From positions 2,208,001 to 2,272,000 of the forward strand of contig CAVSGO010000007.1 of assembly GCA_963727525.1 (NCBI GenBank): a DNA stretch of 64,000 nucleotides, written 5' to 3'. The notes below the pieces were generated by a model. It saw only the letters and a list, made by a program, of their open reading frames with translations, was not told where the DNA came from and made no database searches. Of the stretch, positions 28,703 through 40,378 are shown piece by piece. Source of the stretch: an uncultured bacterium. GTDB taxonomy: Bacteria > Krumholzibacteriota > Krumholzibacteriia > LZORAL124-64-63. Both the position numbers and the translations under genes were made by a program. Position 1 is the stretch's first letter, and every line of letters starts with the position of its first letter.

Positions 28703-31700
28703 AGCTCAGCGAGCTGAGCATCCGTCGCCCCGTCTTCGCGACGGTGATGAGCCTGGCGATCGTCCTGCTCGGCGTGATCAGCTTCACGCGCCTGCCGGTA
28801 CGCGAGTATCCCGACGTGGAACCGCCCATCGTGTCGGTGACCACCGTCTACCGCGGCGCCAGCCCCAGCGTGATCGAGACCGAGATCACGGACGTCCTCG
28901 AGGAGCAGTTCTCGACGATCGAGAGCGTCAAGACCATCAGCAGCTCGAGCCAGGAACAGGCTTCGAACATCACGATCGAATTCGAGCTGAGCCGCGACGT
29001 GGACGTGGCCGCCAATGACGTGCGTGACCGCGTGTCGCGCGTGTCCGGCCAGCTCCCGCGCGAAGCGGACGATCCGATCGTGGCCAAGGTCGACATCAAC
29101 GCGCAGCCGATCATCTGGCTCGCCTTCAGCAGCGACCACTACTCCACCCTCGAGCTGTCCGACGTGGCCGACCGCATCCTGAAGGAGCGCCTGCAACGCC
29201 TGCCCGGGGTAGGTTCGGTCTTCATCGGCGGCGAGCGGCGCTATGCGATGCGCGTGTGGCTCGATCCCCAGCGCATGGCCGCGCACGGCTTCACCACGCG
29301 GGATATCGAGGACGCCATCCGCCGTGAGAACGTGGAGATCCCGGCCGGCCGCGTCGAGGGCGAGGAGCGCGAGTTCGCGGTGCGTACGCGCGGCGAACTG
29401 CAGACGCCCGAGGAGTTCGGCGCCATCGTCGTGGCCCAGGACGGCAACGGTGTCGTGCGCCTGCGCGATGTCGCCGACGTGGAGGTGGGCCCCGAGGACG
29501 AGCGCACCGTCACCCGCTTCAACGGCCGCCCGGCCATCGGTCTGGGCATCGTCAAGCAGAAGGACGCCAGCACGGTGGCGGTGGCCAAGGTCGTGCGCGC
29601 GGCGCTGCCGGACCTTCAGGCAGCCGTGCCCTCGGGAATGGACATCGACACGGCGTACGACTCGGCCACGTTCATCGAGGACTCGATCCACGAGGTCTCC
29701 AATACGCTGCTCATCGCCACCGGCCTGGTGGTGCTCGTGGTGCTGCTCTTCCTCAAGAGCATCCGCGCCACCGTGATCCCGATCGTCGCCATCCCCATCG
29801 CCATCATCGGTGCCTTCACGGTGGCCTATGCGCTTGGCTTCACCGTCAACATCATCACGCTGCTAGCCCTCGTGCTCGCGATCGGCCTGGTGGTGGACGA
29901 CGCCATCGTCGTGCTGGAGAACTGCTACCGCCATCTGGAGATGGGCAAGTCGCGGCGCCTTGCCGCGCGCGATGGCGTGGACGAGATCGTCTTCGCCGTC
30001 ATCGCCACCACCGTCGCGCTTGTGGCCGTGTTCATCCCCGTGGCCTTCCTCACCGGCTCCGTGGGGCGCCTCTTCCGCGAGTTCGGCCTCACGTTGGCCG
30101 TGGCCGTGGCCATCTCCGCCTTCGTGGCTCTCACCCTCACCCCCATGCTCTGCTCGCTGATGCTGCGGCGCGCCGATCCGGATCGCAAGAGGCGCTGGAC
30201 CGAGCGCTCCTTCGATGCCTTCTTCACCGGGCTCGACCGCGCCTACGAGAACACGCTCGCCTTTTGCCTGCGCCAGCGGGTGCTGGTGCTCGTCATCGCC
30301 GCCCTGCTCATCGGCGCCACCGGTTTCATCTGGCAACGGCTGCCGCGCGAGCTGGTGCCCACCGAGGATCGCGGCGTAGGCTTCGGCATCGTGATCGCGC
30401 CGGAGGGCGCGACCCTCGACTACACCGACACCTACATGCGTGAGATCGAGAGCATCCTGCTCGACCTGCCGGAGCGGCGCGGTCTGTTCACCGCCACCGG
30501 CCTTGGTTTCGGCGGACCAGGGCGCGTGACCAATGGCTTCCTCTTCCTGCAGCTCAAGCCGCGCGACGAGCGCAATCGCTCGCAGCAGGAGATCATCGCC
30601 TCCCTCTTCCCGCGACTCATCGGCATTCCGGGCGTACTCGCCTTCGTCATCAACCCGCCGAGCCTGGGCGGACAGTTCAACTCATCGCCCATCGAGTATG
30701 TCCTCAAAGCCGACGACTACGACAAGCTCAGCCAGGCCCTGCAGGCGTTCATGGGCAAGGCGCAGCAGCTCGGCTACCTGCTCAACCTCGACAGCGACCT
30801 GCGCCTGAACAAGCCGCAGCTCGATATCGCCATCGATCGCGACCTCGCCTCGTCGCTGGGTGTGTCGGTGTCCGACATCGGCACGACCCTGGAGACGTTC
30901 CTGGGCGGCCGCGTGGTGGGCGACTTCAAGCGCGGCACCAAGCAATACGACGTGATCGCCCAGCTCCGCTCGGCCAGCCGCGCCACACCTGACGTCATCC
31001 GCGAGGTGTATCTACGCTCGGCCAGCGGCGATCTCGTGCAGCTCGCCAACCTGGTGCACGTGCAGGAGACGGCGGCGCCCAAGGAGCTGAACCATTACAA
31101 CCGCGTGCGCTCGGCCACGATCACGGCCAACCTCGCGCCGGGCGTGGATCTGGGACGTGCCCTCGACGACCTCGACGGGATCGCCAGCGCGACCCTGCCG
31201 GCCGGCATCCAGCACGAGCTGGCGGGCCAGTCGCGGGAATACCGCGACACGAGCGGCAGCCTCGCCTTCATGTTCCTGCTCGCCGTGGGTTTCATCTTCC
31301 TGGTACTCGCGGCCCAGTTCGAGAGCTTCGTGCATCCGTTCGTGATCCTGCTGTCGGTGCCGCTGGCCGTGGTCGGCGCCATTGCCGCGCTCTTCCTCCT
31401 GCGGCAGAGCATGAACATCTACTCGCAGATCGGTCTCGTCATGCTCGTCGGCCTGGTGACGAAGAACGCGATCCTGATCGTCGAGTTCAGCAACCAGCTC
31501 CGGCAGCGCGGCGAGAGCATCGTCGACGCCGTGAGTCACGCGGCGCGAATCCGCCTGCGCCCGATCCTGATGACGAGCTTCTCCACGATCTTCGGCATCC
31601 TGCCCATCGCCATCGGCTTCGGCGCCGGCGCCGAGTCGCGGCGGCCGCTGGGCGTGGCCATCGTGGGCGGCGTGTTCTTCTCCACCTTCCTGACCCTGCT

Positions 31701-31827
31701 CGTCGTGCCCGTCATGTACTCGCTCCTGGCGCGGTTCACGCGCGCCACGGAGATCACGATCGAGGAAGATCCCATCGAGACGTCCGTCCCCGTGCGGACG
31801 AACCCGGCCGACTCCGCCGCCACCTGA
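28699..31827 (+). CDS. RND efflux permease (AcrB/AcrD/AcrF family)
   Basis: SIRRPVFATV, GLVVDDAIVVLEN, GLVTKNAILIVEF, RLRPILMTS. 1042 aa. Confidence 0.96.
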   Translation: MKLSELSIRRPVFATVMSLAIVLLGVISFTRLPVREYPDVEPPIVSVTTVYRGASPSVIETEITDVLEEQFSTIESVKTISSSSQEQASNITIEFELSRDVDVAANDVRDRVSRVSGQLPREADDPIVAKVDINAQPIIWLAFSSDHYSTLELSDVADRILKERLQRLPGVGSVFIGGERRYAMRVWLDPQRMAAHGFTTRDIEDAIRRENVEIPAGRVEGEEREFAVRTRGELQTPEEFGAIVVAQDGNGVVRLRDVADVEVGPEDERTVTRFNGRPAIGLGIVKQKDASTVAVAKVVRAALPDLQAAVPSGMDIDTAYDSATFIEDSIHEVSNTLLIATGLVVLVVLLFLKSIRATVIPIVAIPIAIIGAFTVAYALGFTVNIITLLALVLAIGLVVDDAIVVLENCYRHLEMGKSRRLAARDGVDEIVFAVIATTVALVAVFIPVAFLTGSVGRLFREFGLTLAVAVAISAFVALTLTPMLCSLMLRRADPDRKRRWTERSFDAFFTGLDRAYENTLAFCLRQRVLVLVIAALLIGATGFIWQRLPRELVPTEDRGVGFGIVIAPEGATLDYTDTYMREIESILLDLPERRGLFTATGLGFGGPGRVTNGFLFLQLKPRDERNRSQQEIIASLFPRLIGIPGVLAFVINPPSLGGQFNSSPIEYVLKADDYDKLSQALQAFMGKAQQLGYLLNLDSDLRLNKPQLDIAIDRDLASSLGVSVSDIGTTLETFLGGRVVGDFKRGTKQYDVIAQLRSASRATPDVIREVYLRSASGDLVQLANLVHVQETAAPKELNHYNRVRSATITANLAPGVDLGRALDDLDGIASATLPAGIQHELAGQSREYRDTSGSLAFMFLLAVGFIFLVLAAQFESFVHPFVILLSVPLAVVGAIAALFLLRQSMNIYSQIGLVMLVGLVTKNAILIVEFSNQLRQRGESIVDAVSHAARIRLRPILMTSFSTIFGILPIAIGFGAGAESRRPLGVAIVGGVFFSTFLTLLVVPVMYSLLARFTRATEITIEEDPIETSVPVRTNPADSAAT

Positions 31828-31910
31828 TCGTTCGGCCGGCCCCGGTAACGAGACCGACCGGGGCGGCCCCGATCCAGGGTCGATCTTTTCCGCGATTTCC
31901 TGCCCATGAC

Positions 31911-31937
31911 TAAAGGCCAGCCGAGTCTCGCCGATAT
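31911..31937 (+). promoter_or_regulatory. sigma28 (FliA) promoter
   Basis: TAAA-GGCCAGCCGAGTCTC(15 nt)-GCCGATAT, near-perfect consensus, upstream of a chemoreceptor operon. Confidence 0.75.
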
Positions 31938-32038
31938 GGCCCCGGACGCATTTGCGATCCGGACCCGGCGGCATGGCAGGCGCCAGTCGACCCGGTTCCG
32001 ACCTGGACCCCGCGGCATTTCCCGCAGGAGGAAACGGA

Positions 32039-32602
32039 ATGAAGAAGCTCGTCGTCTCTTGTGTCGCCATGGCCCTGATCACAGGACTGGTCGCCGTCGC
32101 CATGGCGGGCGAGCCCGCCCCGGCCAAGGTGAAGACCCTGGCCGAGGCCACCCTCGTGGCCTATGGCTCCGATCCGGTCATCGTGGCCGCCGTGAAGGCC
32201 GCCAACGCCGAGGGAAAGACGCTCGATCAGATCAAGGCCGCCGACGACCACTGGCAGAACACCCCCGGCATCGACGACGCCATGCAGGCCTTCATGGACA
32301 ACCCCTGCGCCACGATGCTGCGCAAGCTACAGGATACGACACCATACCTCGCCGAGTGCTTCGTGATGGACAACCAGGGCGCCAACGTGGCCATGACCGA
32401 CAAGACGTCGGACTACTGGCAGGGCGACGAGGCGAAGTGGCAGGAGTCGTACAAGGGGGGCGCGGGTGCCGTACATATCGGCGACGTGAAGTTCGACGAC
32501 AGCACTCAGGCCTATCTCGTGCAGGTCTCCGTCCCCGTGATGGATGGCGGCAAGGCGATCGGCGCGATCACTTTCGGCATCGATGTGGATCACGTCGACT
32601 GA
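32039..32602 (+). CDS. standalone periplasmic PDC/Cache-like sensor-domain protein
   Basis: Signal peptide, ECFVMDNQGANVA..TSDYWQGDEAKW...FDDST...QVSVPVMDGGKAIGAITFG. No TM anchor or output domain. RBS AGGAGG. Confidence 0.82.
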   Translation: MKKLVVSCVAMALITGLVAVAMAGEPAPAKVKTLAEATLVAYGSDPVIVAAVKAANAEGKTLDQIKAADDHWQNTPGIDDAMQAFMDNPCATMLRKLQDTTPYLAECFVMDNQGANVAMTDKTSDYWQGDEAKWQESYKGGAGAVHIGDVKFDDSTQAYLVQVSVPVMDGGKAIGAITFGIDVDHVD

Positions 32603-32664
32603 GAACGGTTGCGAGGGCCGGCCGCGGCCGGCTCTCACTCACCCACATAGTCAGGTAGGTCGTC

Positions 32665-34287
32665 ATGAACTGGTTTCGCCAGCTCCGCGTCGGTGGTCGA
32701 CTCGTTTTCGGCTTCGCGGCGATGACGGTGTTCGTCATCGCCGTCGGCGTGCAGAGCTATACGAGCTCTCGCCGCGTCAACCGCAATCTCGGCGAGATCG
32801 TCGACGTGGCCATGCCCAGCCTTCAGACGCTGATCGAGACCGATCGCGACCTGCAGCAGTTGCTCGTGGCCGAGCGCTCGATGATCTTCGCGAATGCGAG
32901 TTCCGACGAGTTCAAACAGCTCGTGGCGGCCTACGAGGAGAACCTCGAGCAGGCGCAGACGCGCTGGAAACGCTACAAGGAGCTGGCGACCGACGACGCC
33001 GAACTGGCCCTCCTTCCCGGGTACGATGCAGCCTTTGCCGCCTGGGCGCCCGTGTCGCGCCGCGTGGTCGACGGACGCATCGCCGATACGCGCGAGGGCC
33101 GTCGCGAGGCTCTCGATCTCTCGCTCGGCGAGGCGGCCACGGCCTTCGATACCATGCGTGGCTACCTAGACCAGCTCACCGGGATCACCGTCGAGGTCGC
33201 CGATTCCAACCATCACCATTCCGAGGTGATCTTCGCGCGCAACCGCAATGTCCAGGTCGGCCTCACGCTCCTGAGCGTCGTCGCCAGCATCGGCCTGACA
33301 TGGCTGATCCGTCGGTCGATCACCGGCCCGCTCGGCTCGCTGATCCACGGCCTCACGACCTCGGCGTCCCAGCTCAATGCCGCATCGGGCCAGGTTGCCA
33401 GCGCGAGCCAGCTCCTGGCCGAGGGATCGTCGGAACAGGCAGCTGCCATCGAGCAGACCTCCGCCTCACTCGAGGAGTTGGCCGCCACGACCCGGCAGAA
33501 CTCCGACAGCGCCGGCGGTGCCGACGAACTGATGAAGACGACCAACACCGTCGTTCAGCGCGCAAACTCCGAGATGCAGCAGCTCGACACGTCGATGCAG
33601 GAAATCACCAAGGCGAGCATCGAAACGCAGAAAATCGTCAAGACCATCGACGAGATCGCCTTCCAGACGAACCTGCTGGCCCTCAATGCCGCGGTCGAGG
33701 CCGCGCGTGCCGGCGAGGCGGGGGCCGGGTTCGCCGTGGTGGCCGAGGAGGTGCGCAGCCTGGCGATGCGCGCCGCCGAAGCGTCGCGCAACACAGCCGC
33801 CCTCATCGAAGGTACGGTGTCGCGGGTCCGTGCCGGCAGCGATCTGGTGTCGCGGTCCAGTGCCGCCTTTGCCGACGTGTCCGAGAACGCGGCTCGCGTC
33901 GGAGAGCTGATCACCAGCATCGCCGCCGCATCGCGGGAACAGTCGCAGGGCATCGGCCAGGTGACGTCGGCCGTGGTCGACATGGACAAGGTCACACAAT
34001 CGAACGCTGCCAATGCTGAGGAATCGGCCAGCGCAGCCGAGGAGATGGCGGCCCAGGCTGGGCAGATGACGGTTTACGTGGCCGACCTCGAGAACATTGT
34101 GGGCAAGCACGCCGTCACCCGCGCCACTCCGCGGAGAGCCGCTACGCAGCCGGTGCACGCGCCGGCGCCGACGCCACCGCGGGCCGCCGTTGCGCTACGG
34201 CGACGCCCGGCCGCGCAGACCGTGCTTCCGCTGGAGGGCGACGATTTCCTCGACGGCGCACTCGAACATGAAATAACATTGTCTTGA
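32665..34287 (+). CDS. methyl-accepting chemotaxis protein (4HB sensor)
   Basis: Two TM segments around a four-helix-bundle sensor, and signalling hairpin [40 protein letters not shown]. Confidence 0.95.
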   Translation: MNWFRQLRVGGRLVFGFAAMTVFVIAVGVQSYTSSRRVNRNLGEIVDVAMPSLQTLIETDRDLQQLLVAERSMIFANASSDEFKQLVAAYEENLEQAQTRWKRYKELATDDAELALLPGYDAAFAAWAPVSRRVVDGRIADTREGRREALDLSLGEAATAFDTMRGYLDQLTGITVEVADSNHHHSEVIFARNRNVQVGLTLLSVVASIGLTWLIRRSITGPLGSLIHGLTTSASQLNAASGQVASASQLLAEGSSEQAAAIEQTSASLEELAATTRQNSDSAGGADELMKTTNTVVQRANSEMQQLDTSMQEITKASIETQKIVKTIDEIAFQTNLLALNAAVEAARAGEAGAGFAVVAEEVRSLAMRAAEASRNTAALIEGTVSRVRAGSDLVSRSSAAFADVSENAARVGELITSIAAASREQSQGIGQVTSAVVDMDKVTQSNAANAEESASAAEEMAAQAGQMTVYVADLENIVGKHAVTRATPRRAATQPVHAPAPTPPRAAVALRRRPAAQTVLPLEGDDFLDGALEHEITLS

Positions 34288-34351
34288 CGGGCCTGACATA
34301 CCATCATGGAACTCGATACGACTTCGTCCCGTGACAAAGGAGTCGAGAAAC

Positions 34352-34900
34352 ATGCGTATGCTCAGGACTCCCGGCCCCGGCGGCCTGGCGATCGTCCTCG
34401 CCATCGCCGTGATCCTGCTGACCGGCGCGCAGGCTATGGCCTATTCCAGCTACTTCGCGGCCCGCTGCGCCTCGTGCCATGGTGACGATTCCACGTCCTG
34501 CGTGGGTTGCCACCACCATTCCGGTCCCCTGTCAGCCCAGACCGACGACGTGGAGTACGCTCCGAACGACCAGGTCACCGTCACCCTCCAGGGCGGGACC
34601 CGCGGCGGCTGGGTTCGCGGCCTCTTGTTCGACGAGAACGACACCGAGATCGACCGCGCGTCCGGTCCCACGGGTACCGGCGACGACGGTCTGCCGAATC
34701 CCATCACATATCCCGTCACGCTGTCGGCCTTGGCGCCGGCCGCTGAGGGCACGTACACCTGGCACGCAGCCTGGTTCGGCAGTGCCGACGCCGGCGGCGG
34801 CACGCATGAGACCGTACAGGTGCCCGTGACGGTGACGGTCGTCGACAACACGCCCGTCGAATCGTCCACCTGGGGCCAGATCAAGTCGATTTTCCGCTGA
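34352..34900 (+). CDS. secreted diheme (2x CxxCH) protein with beta-sandwich domain and TWG C-terminal motif
   Basis: Signal peptide, CASCH and CVGCH, beta-rich domain, ends PVESSTWGQIKSIFR*. RBS AAGGAG. Confidence 0.8.
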   Translation: MRMLRTPGPGGLAIVLAIAVILLTGAQAMAYSSYFAARCASCHGDDSTSCVGCHHHSGPLSAQTDDVEYAPNDQVTVTLQGGTRGGWVRGLLFDENDTEIDRASGPTGTGDDGLPNPITYPVTLSALAPAAEGTYTWHAAWFGSADAGGGTHETVQVPVTVTVVDNTPVESSTWGQIKSIFR

Positions 34901-34920
34901 TCGCGCGGCCATCCTTCATC

Positions 34921-34952
34921 GAGGGCCGTTTCCCGGCGGGGGAGCGGCCCTC
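34921..34952 (+). terminator. GC-rich hairpin after the diheme gene (possible terminator)
   Basis: GAGGGCCGTTTCCC...GGGAGCGGCCCTC. No clear U-tract. Confidence 0.4.
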
Positions 34953-35045
34953 ATCGCTCGTTCCCACCACGCTGGCCACCGTGCTGCCCTCGATTATGCT
35001 ATGATCTCCGCGGTTCACGCGAAACTCATGCGAAAGGGTCTTGCC

Positions 35046-36728
35046 ATGCTCCAGCCCCCTGCTCGCCGCCTCCTGGTGGCGCTGGTCGCCGTCGTGGCAT
35101 TTGCCGCGCTGGCACTGCCACCGCCGGCTGCGGCCATCGATTGCCCCACGCGGTCGCTGCCGCGCCCCACCGAGGACTACGCCGTCACAAAGGCACGGCT
35201 CGAGGCCGCCGGTCAGTGGCACAAGTCGAACGATCCCCTTCTCTCGCCCCCGCCCGACCCTCAGGTGGGCGACACCTGGCTCTGGTACGTGTGGGATCTC
35301 AGCGGCTTCCCCGTGGCCAACCTCAAGCCCGCCACGGTGCGCGGCATGGGCGACCACTGCTATGTCGTCGTGGACGACGACGAGTGGAACGTCGGCATGG
35401 ACCAGACCGACGTCGATCGCATCGTGTCCCACTTCGATCACGAGAGCCCCGGCATGTTCCCTGACCAGGGCATCTGGGATCTCGACACCGGCAACTTCGG
35501 CCAACCGCCCAACAACCTCGATGGCCTCGACCGCATCTTCCTCTTCTACTACCGCTTCAACATCTCGTCCGACGGGTTCTTCTGGGCGTACGACCAGTAT
35601 CCCGATGGCTCGCAGCCCTTCGCCAGCAACGAGTGCGACGTCATCTACATGGCCGTCGACAACGGGCAGCCGGCCGCCGACTACATGCTGGCCGTCACCG
35701 CCCACGAGTTCCAGCACATGATCCAGTTCAACACCGACGGGAACGAGGTCTCGTGGGTGGACGAGGGTCTCAGCGAGCTGGCCATGTGGCTCTTCGGCCA
35801 CCCCGATACCATCTCCGCCTTCAACACGCAGCCCGACAACAGCCTGCTCTCCTTCGGCGGCGCGTGGGCCGACTACATCAAGGTCTATCTCTGGTCGCTC
35901 TACGCCTACGAGCAGTTCGGTGGCCAGCCCTTCGTGTGGGACGTGGCGCACAACCCGCTCAACAGCATGGCAGGCTACCAGTCGAGCATCACCAACCAGG
36001 GCTACCCCGATCTCACGGAGGACGTGGTCGGCAACTGGGCGGCGGCCAACTATGCCGACGATCCGACAATTCCGAATGGACAGTACGGCTACGAGGGCGA
36101 CGACCTGCCGCCGTTCTCCGCCTTCCGCACGCACACCAGCTACCCCGTGGCCAGTTCGGGAAGCGTGCAGCCGACGGCGGCCGACTACATCCGCCTGCAG
36201 AATTTCAGCGGTCCGGTCACGGTGCGCTTCGACGGACTCGAACCGCGCCAGTTCCGCGTCACGCTCATCGCCACCGATCCGGCGCAGCCCACGCTGGTGC
36301 TGCCCATCCCCCTCGATGGCGTGCAGGCGGGCGAGGCCACCTTCACGGCCGCGGCGGGCTACCAGCAGATCACCATCGCCGTGGCCAACGTGTCGCAAAG
36401 CGGCACGGGCGCCTACCAGTACTGGGCGGAGGAGGTCTCCACCGATGTGCCGGCGACCGCCATGGTCACGCCCACGCTGGACAGCTACCCGAATCCGTTC
36501 AACCCGCGCACCACGTTCGCGTTCTCGTTGCCGCACGCGGCCGACGTGGGCCTGTCGGTGCTCGACGTGCGTGGTCACGAGGTGGCGCGCCTCACGCAGG
36601 GGCAGCTCGGCGCGGGCGACCACGTGATCCCCTGGCAAGGCGACGACATCGCGGCCGGCATCTACCTCGGTCGGTTGATGGTCGACGGCAAGGTGGTCAG
36701 CACGCGAAAGGTGACCGTGGTGAAATGA
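35046..36728 (+). CDS. secreted zinc metallopeptidase (gluzincin, M30-like) with C-terminal FlgD-Ig/T9SS-like domain
   Basis: Signal peptide, AHEFQHMI...WVDEGLSE, ends YPNPFNP...AAGIYLGRL...KVTVVK*. Confidence 0.85.
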   Translation: MLQPPARRLLVALVAVVAFAALALPPPAAAIDCPTRSLPRPTEDYAVTKARLEAAGQWHKSNDPLLSPPPDPQVGDTWLWYVWDLSGFPVANLKPATVRGMGDHCYVVVDDDEWNVGMDQTDVDRIVSHFDHESPGMFPDQGIWDLDTGNFGQPPNNLDGLDRIFLFYYRFNISSDGFFWAYDQYPDGSQPFASNECDVIYMAVDNGQPAADYMLAVTAHEFQHMIQFNTDGNEVSWVDEGLSELAMWLFGHPDTISAFNTQPDNSLLSFGGAWADYIKVYLWSLYAYEQFGGQPFVWDVAHNPLNSMAGYQSSITNQGYPDLTEDVVGNWAAANYADDPTIPNGQYGYEGDDLPPFSAFRTHTSYPVASSGSVQPTAADYIRLQNFSGPVTVRFDGLEPRQFRVTLIATDPAQPTLVLPIPLDGVQAGEATFTAAAGYQQITIAVANVSQSGTGAYQYWAEEVSTDVPATAMVTPTLDSYPNPFNPRTTFAFSLPHAADVGLSVLDVRGHEVARLTQGQLGAGDHVIPWQGDDIAAGIYLGRLMVDGKVVSTRKVTVVK

Positions 36729-37438
36729 TGGATCTGCGCGTCGTCCCCGATCTCGAGGCGCTCGTATCTGCGGCCGCGGAGGTGATCTCCGCGGCCGCAG
36801 TGCAGGCGGTGCAGCAGAGCGGGCGTTTCGCTCTCGCGCTCTCGGGCGGCCATACGCCACAGCCGTTGCACCGCCTTCTCGCCACACCAGCCTGGCGGGA
36901 TCGCGTTCCCTGGGAACGCACGCGCGTGTTCTGGGGCGACGAGCGCTGCGTACCCTTCGACGACGACCGCAACAACGCCAGCCATGCCATCGACGATCTG
37001 CTCGCCCACGTGCCCGTGGGACAGGTGCACCGCATCGACACGGTGCGCGATCCGGCCGACGCGGCTGCGCGCTACGAGGAAACCCTTCGCGATACCCTCG
37101 GCGAGCCACCATGCCTCGACCTCGTGCTTCTCGGAATCGGGGACGATGGGCACACCGCCTCGCTGTTTCCCGGCTCCCCTCTCCTGGATGAGGATGCGCG
37201 CTGGGTGGCCACGGCACCGCCGCCGCGAGCGGACGAAGTGGCGCGCGTCACGCTCACGATCCCGGCCCTCGGCGCGGCCCGGCGCCTCGTCTTCCTGGTG
37301 AGTGGCGAGGTGAAGGCGGGGGTATTGCGCGCAGTGCAGGACGGAACGGACCTGCCGGCGGCGCGGGTGGCAAACGCCGCCCGCAGCACGCTCTGGCTGG
37401 CCGACGCCGCGGCGGCTAGTTGCTGTCGTCGTCGTTGA
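36725..37438 (+). CDS. pgl: 6-phosphogluconolactonase
   Basis: [41 protein letters not shown] overlap with the peptidase. Confidence 0.93.
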   Translation: MMDLRVVPDLEALVSAAAEVISAAAVQAVQQSGRFALALSGGHTPQPLHRLLATPAWRDRVPWERTRVFWGDERCVPFDDDRNNASHAIDDLLAHVPVGQVHRIDTVRDPADAAARYEETLRDTLGEPPCLDLVLLGIGDDGHTASLFPGSPLLDEDARWVATAPPPRADEVARVTLTIPALGAARRLVFLVSGEVKAGVLRAVQDGTDLPAARVANAARSTLWLADAAAASCCRRR

Positions 37439-38924
37439 TGGCCGGGGGGATCCAGCTGCGGCCGTCGGTGGCGATGAGGCGCTCGGCTGCCTCGGGTCCC
37501 CACGACCCGGCTGCGTAATTCGGGAAATCCGGCGGCGGCAAGACGCCCCACTGATCGAGGATCGGCATTACCGCGGCCCAGGCCGCCTCCACCTGATCGG
37601 TGCGCTTGAAGAGCGTCGAATCGCCCTCGAGCACGTCGAGCAGCAGCGTCTCGTAGGCCTCCGGCGGATCGACCTGGAACGTCTCGCGATAGTTGAAACG
37701 CATATCCACCGGGCTGAGGTGCATCTGCAGACCAGGGCGCTTCGCCTGGAAGCGTAGCCGGATCCCTTCCTGCGGCTGGATCTGCAGCGTCAGCCGGTTC
37801 GGCTGCCACTCGGTCGCCACGTTGCTCGGGAAGATCTGGTGCGGCGCGGGTCGGAACTGCACCGTCACGGTGGACGCTTTGCCGGCCAGGCGCTTGCCGG
37901 TGCGCAGATAGAACGGCACGCCGCGCCAGCGCCAGTTGTCGACCTGCAGCTTCACCGCGGCAAAGGTCTCGGTGGTCGAATCGGGCGCCACGTCGGCCTC
38001 CTCGCGGTAGGCGGGCACGCGGGTGCCACGATACCACCCGGCGCCGTACTGCCCGCGCACGGCGATCTCGCGCACAGAATCCTCGTTGATGGGCCGGATC
38101 GCGTGCAGCACGTCCACCTTCTTGTTGCGGATCTCGTCGTCCTCGAAGTTCACCGGCGGTTCCATCGCCACCAGACTGAGTACCTGAAGCAGGTGGTTCT
38201 GGATCATGTCGCGCAGCGCGCCGGTGCCCTCGTAGTAGTTGCCGCGGTGTTCCACGCCCACCTTCTCGGCGATCGTGATCTGCACATGATCCACGTAGCG
38301 CTGGTTCCAGATCGGTTCGAAAAGCGCGTTGGCGAAGCGGAAAGCCAGGATGTTCTGCACCGTCTCCTTGCCGAGATAGTGGTCGATACGGTAGATCTGA
38401 TTCTCGTCGAAGTGTGTCGTGAGTTTATGATTCAGCTCCCGTGCCGACTCGAGGTCGTGGCCGAATGGCTTCTCCACGACGATACGCTCATGCGAACGCT
38501 CGCGGCACAGGCCACACGCGGCAAGCTGGTCGGCGACGATACCGATCACCGGCGGTGGCACGGCGAGGTAATAGGCCCGGGTCGCCGGCGCATCCCAGCC
38601 ACCCGCCACGTCCTCGATCCGCTTGGCGAGCGCCTCGTACACCGTCCTGTCCGCAAAGTCGCCACGCACATAGAAGACCGACTCTGCGAACGCGTCCCAG
38701 CCCTCGGTGTCGTCCGCGAACTTCTCCACGCCGTCGCGCAGGCGCTCCCGGTAGCTGTGTTCGTCCATGTCCGCTCGGTCCACGCCGATCACGGCGAACT
38801 GCGCCGGCAACCAGCCACCGCGGCGCAGCTCCATCAAGGCCGGTACGAGCTTGCGCCACGCGAGGTCGCCGCCAGCGCCGAACAGGATCATGATCGCGGG
38901 GCCCAGCTTGTCGTTCGTCTTCAC
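37416..38924 (-). CDS. zwf: glucose-6-phosphate 1-dehydrogenase
   Basis: [53 protein letters not shown] start after GAGGAGG. Confidence 0.96.
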   Translation of the reverse strand: MKTNDKLGPAIMILFGAGGDLAWRKLVPALMELRRGGWLPAQFAVIGVDRADMDEHSYRERLRDGVEKFADDTEGWDAFAESVFYVRGDFADRTVYEALAKRIEDVAGGWDAPATRAYYLAVPPPVIGIVADQLAACGLCRERSHERIVVEKPFGHDLESARELNHKLTTHFDENQIYRIDHYLGKETVQNILAFRFANALFEPIWNQRYVDHVQITIAEKVGVEHRGNYYEGTGALRDMIQNHLLQVLSLVAMEPPVNFEDDEIRNKKVDVLHAIRPINEDSVREIAVRGQYGAGWYRGTRVPAYREEADVAPDSTTETFAAVKLQVDNWRWRGVPFYLRTGKRLAGKASTVTVQFRPAPHQIFPSNVATEWQPNRLTLQIQPQEGIRLRFQAKRPGLQMHLSPVDMRFNYRETFQVDPPEAYETLLLDVLEGDSTLFKRTDQVEAAWAAVMPILDQWGVLPPPDFPNYAAGSWGPEAAERLIATDGRSWIPPAINDDDSN

Positions 38925-38953
38925 GCGCGCGGCCTCCTCGGGGCATTTCGTGA

Positions 38954-40366
38954 TCAGACATTCCAGTCGGTGTGATGGACACCATCGTCGTCGACGCGCC
39001 GATACGTGTGGGCGCCAAAGTCGTCGCGTTGGGCCTGAATGAGGTTCGACGGCAGCCGGGCGCTGCGGTAGGCGTCGAGGTAAGCCAGGCTTGCCGCGTG
39101 CGCGGGTGCGGCGATCCCGGCCCGCGCCGCGATCGCAACCACCGAGCGCAGCGACGACTCGCCGGCCACCACGAGCTTCGCCATAGCGGGATCGGCAAGC
39201 AGATGCGGCAGGTTGGTCCGGCGTGCGTAGGCCGCGCGGATATCCTCGAGCACGTGCGAGCGGATGATGCAGCCGCCGCGCCAGATGCGGGCGACGGTGG
39301 CGAGATCGAGCCCATACTGCCGCGCCGCCGAGCCCCGGTCCAGCAGCGCGAAACCCTGGGCGTAGCTGACGATGCCGGCCACCGCCAGCGCATCCCCGAG
39401 TGCCGCGATGGTCGCCGGCGAGGCCTCGTCGAGCCGTGTATCGGGGCGTCCCATCACCTCGCCCAGGATCTTGCGCACGGCGGTATCGCCGGACAGGTCG
39501 CGCATCGTCACAGCGACGTCGATCGTGGGCGTGGGCACCTGCTGCTGGAGCGCCTCCTGCGACGTCCACATGCCGGTACCTTTCTGGCCAGCGGCGTCGT
39601 CGATGACGTCGACCAGGCGGCCTCCCGTCCGCAGATCCGGTTGCCGGAAGATGTTCGCCGTGATATCGAGCAGGAAGCCGCCGAGGGGGCCGTCGGCCCA
39701 GCCGCCGAACGCCTCCGCCAGGGCGTCGTTGTCGAGGCCTAGTCCGCGGTGGAGCAGATCATACGTCTCGGCGATGAGCTGCATGATGCCGTACTCGATG
39801 CCGTTGTGCACCATCTTCACGTAGTGGCCCGCCGATCCGGGGCCGAGGTGTGCCACGCAGGCGACCTCATCCACCTTGGCAGCCGCGTCGCGCAGCATGG
39901 GTTCGACGATGGTGTACGCCGCTGCCGGCCCTCCCGGCATCAGGCTGGGCCCGTGGCGCGCACCCTCGGCCCCCCCGGACACTCCCACGCCGAGGTACCC
40001 CAGCTCCTTCAGCGCAAGGGCCGCGGCGCGTCGGTCCGTGTCCGTGAAATGGGAGTTGCCGCCGTCGATGACCACGTCGCTCGGCGACAGCATGGGTACC
40101 AGCTCCTCGAGCACCTGGTCGACGATCCGGCCGGCCGGCACGAGGAGCATCACCACACGCGGCCGCGCGAGCTGCGCGACCATCTCCGCCAGGTGCGTGC
40201 TGGCCACGATGCCGCGCCCGGCCGATTCGCGTTGCAGCGCGTCGACCTTGCTGGCGTCGCGGTCGCAACCGGCCACGCCATGGCCGTGGTCCGCGAGGTT
40301 GAGCAGAAAGTTGCGCCCCATCGTGCCCAGACCCACCATGCCAATGGCACTGCGTCGATCGCTCAC
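38954..40366 (-). CDS. gndA: 6-phosphogluconate dehydrogenase (decarboxylating)
   Basis: [52 protein letters not shown]. Confidence 0.96.
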   Translation of the reverse strand: MSDRRSAIGMVGLGTMGRNFLLNLADHGHGVAGCDRDASKVDALQRESAGRGIVASTHLAEMVAQLARPRVVMLLVPAGRIVDQVLEELVPMLSPSDVVIDGGNSHFTDTDRRAAALALKELGYLGVGVSGGAEGARHGPSLMPGGPAAAYTIVEPMLRDAAAKVDEVACVAHLGPGSAGHYVKMVHNGIEYGIMQLIAETYDLLHRGLGLDNDALAEAFGGWADGPLGGFLLDITANIFRQPDLRTGGRLVDVIDDAAGQKGTGMWTSQEALQQQVPTPTIDVAVTMRDLSGDTAVRKILGEVMGRPDTRLDEASPATIAALGDALAVAGIVSYAQGFALLDRGSAARQYGLDLATVARIWRGGCIIRSHVLEDIRAAYARRTNLPHLLADPAMAKLVVAGESSLRSVVAIAARAGIAAPAHAASLAYLDAYRSARLPSNLIQAQRDDFGAHTYRRVDDDGVHHTDWNV

Positions 40367-40378
40367 GTCGATTGCCTC

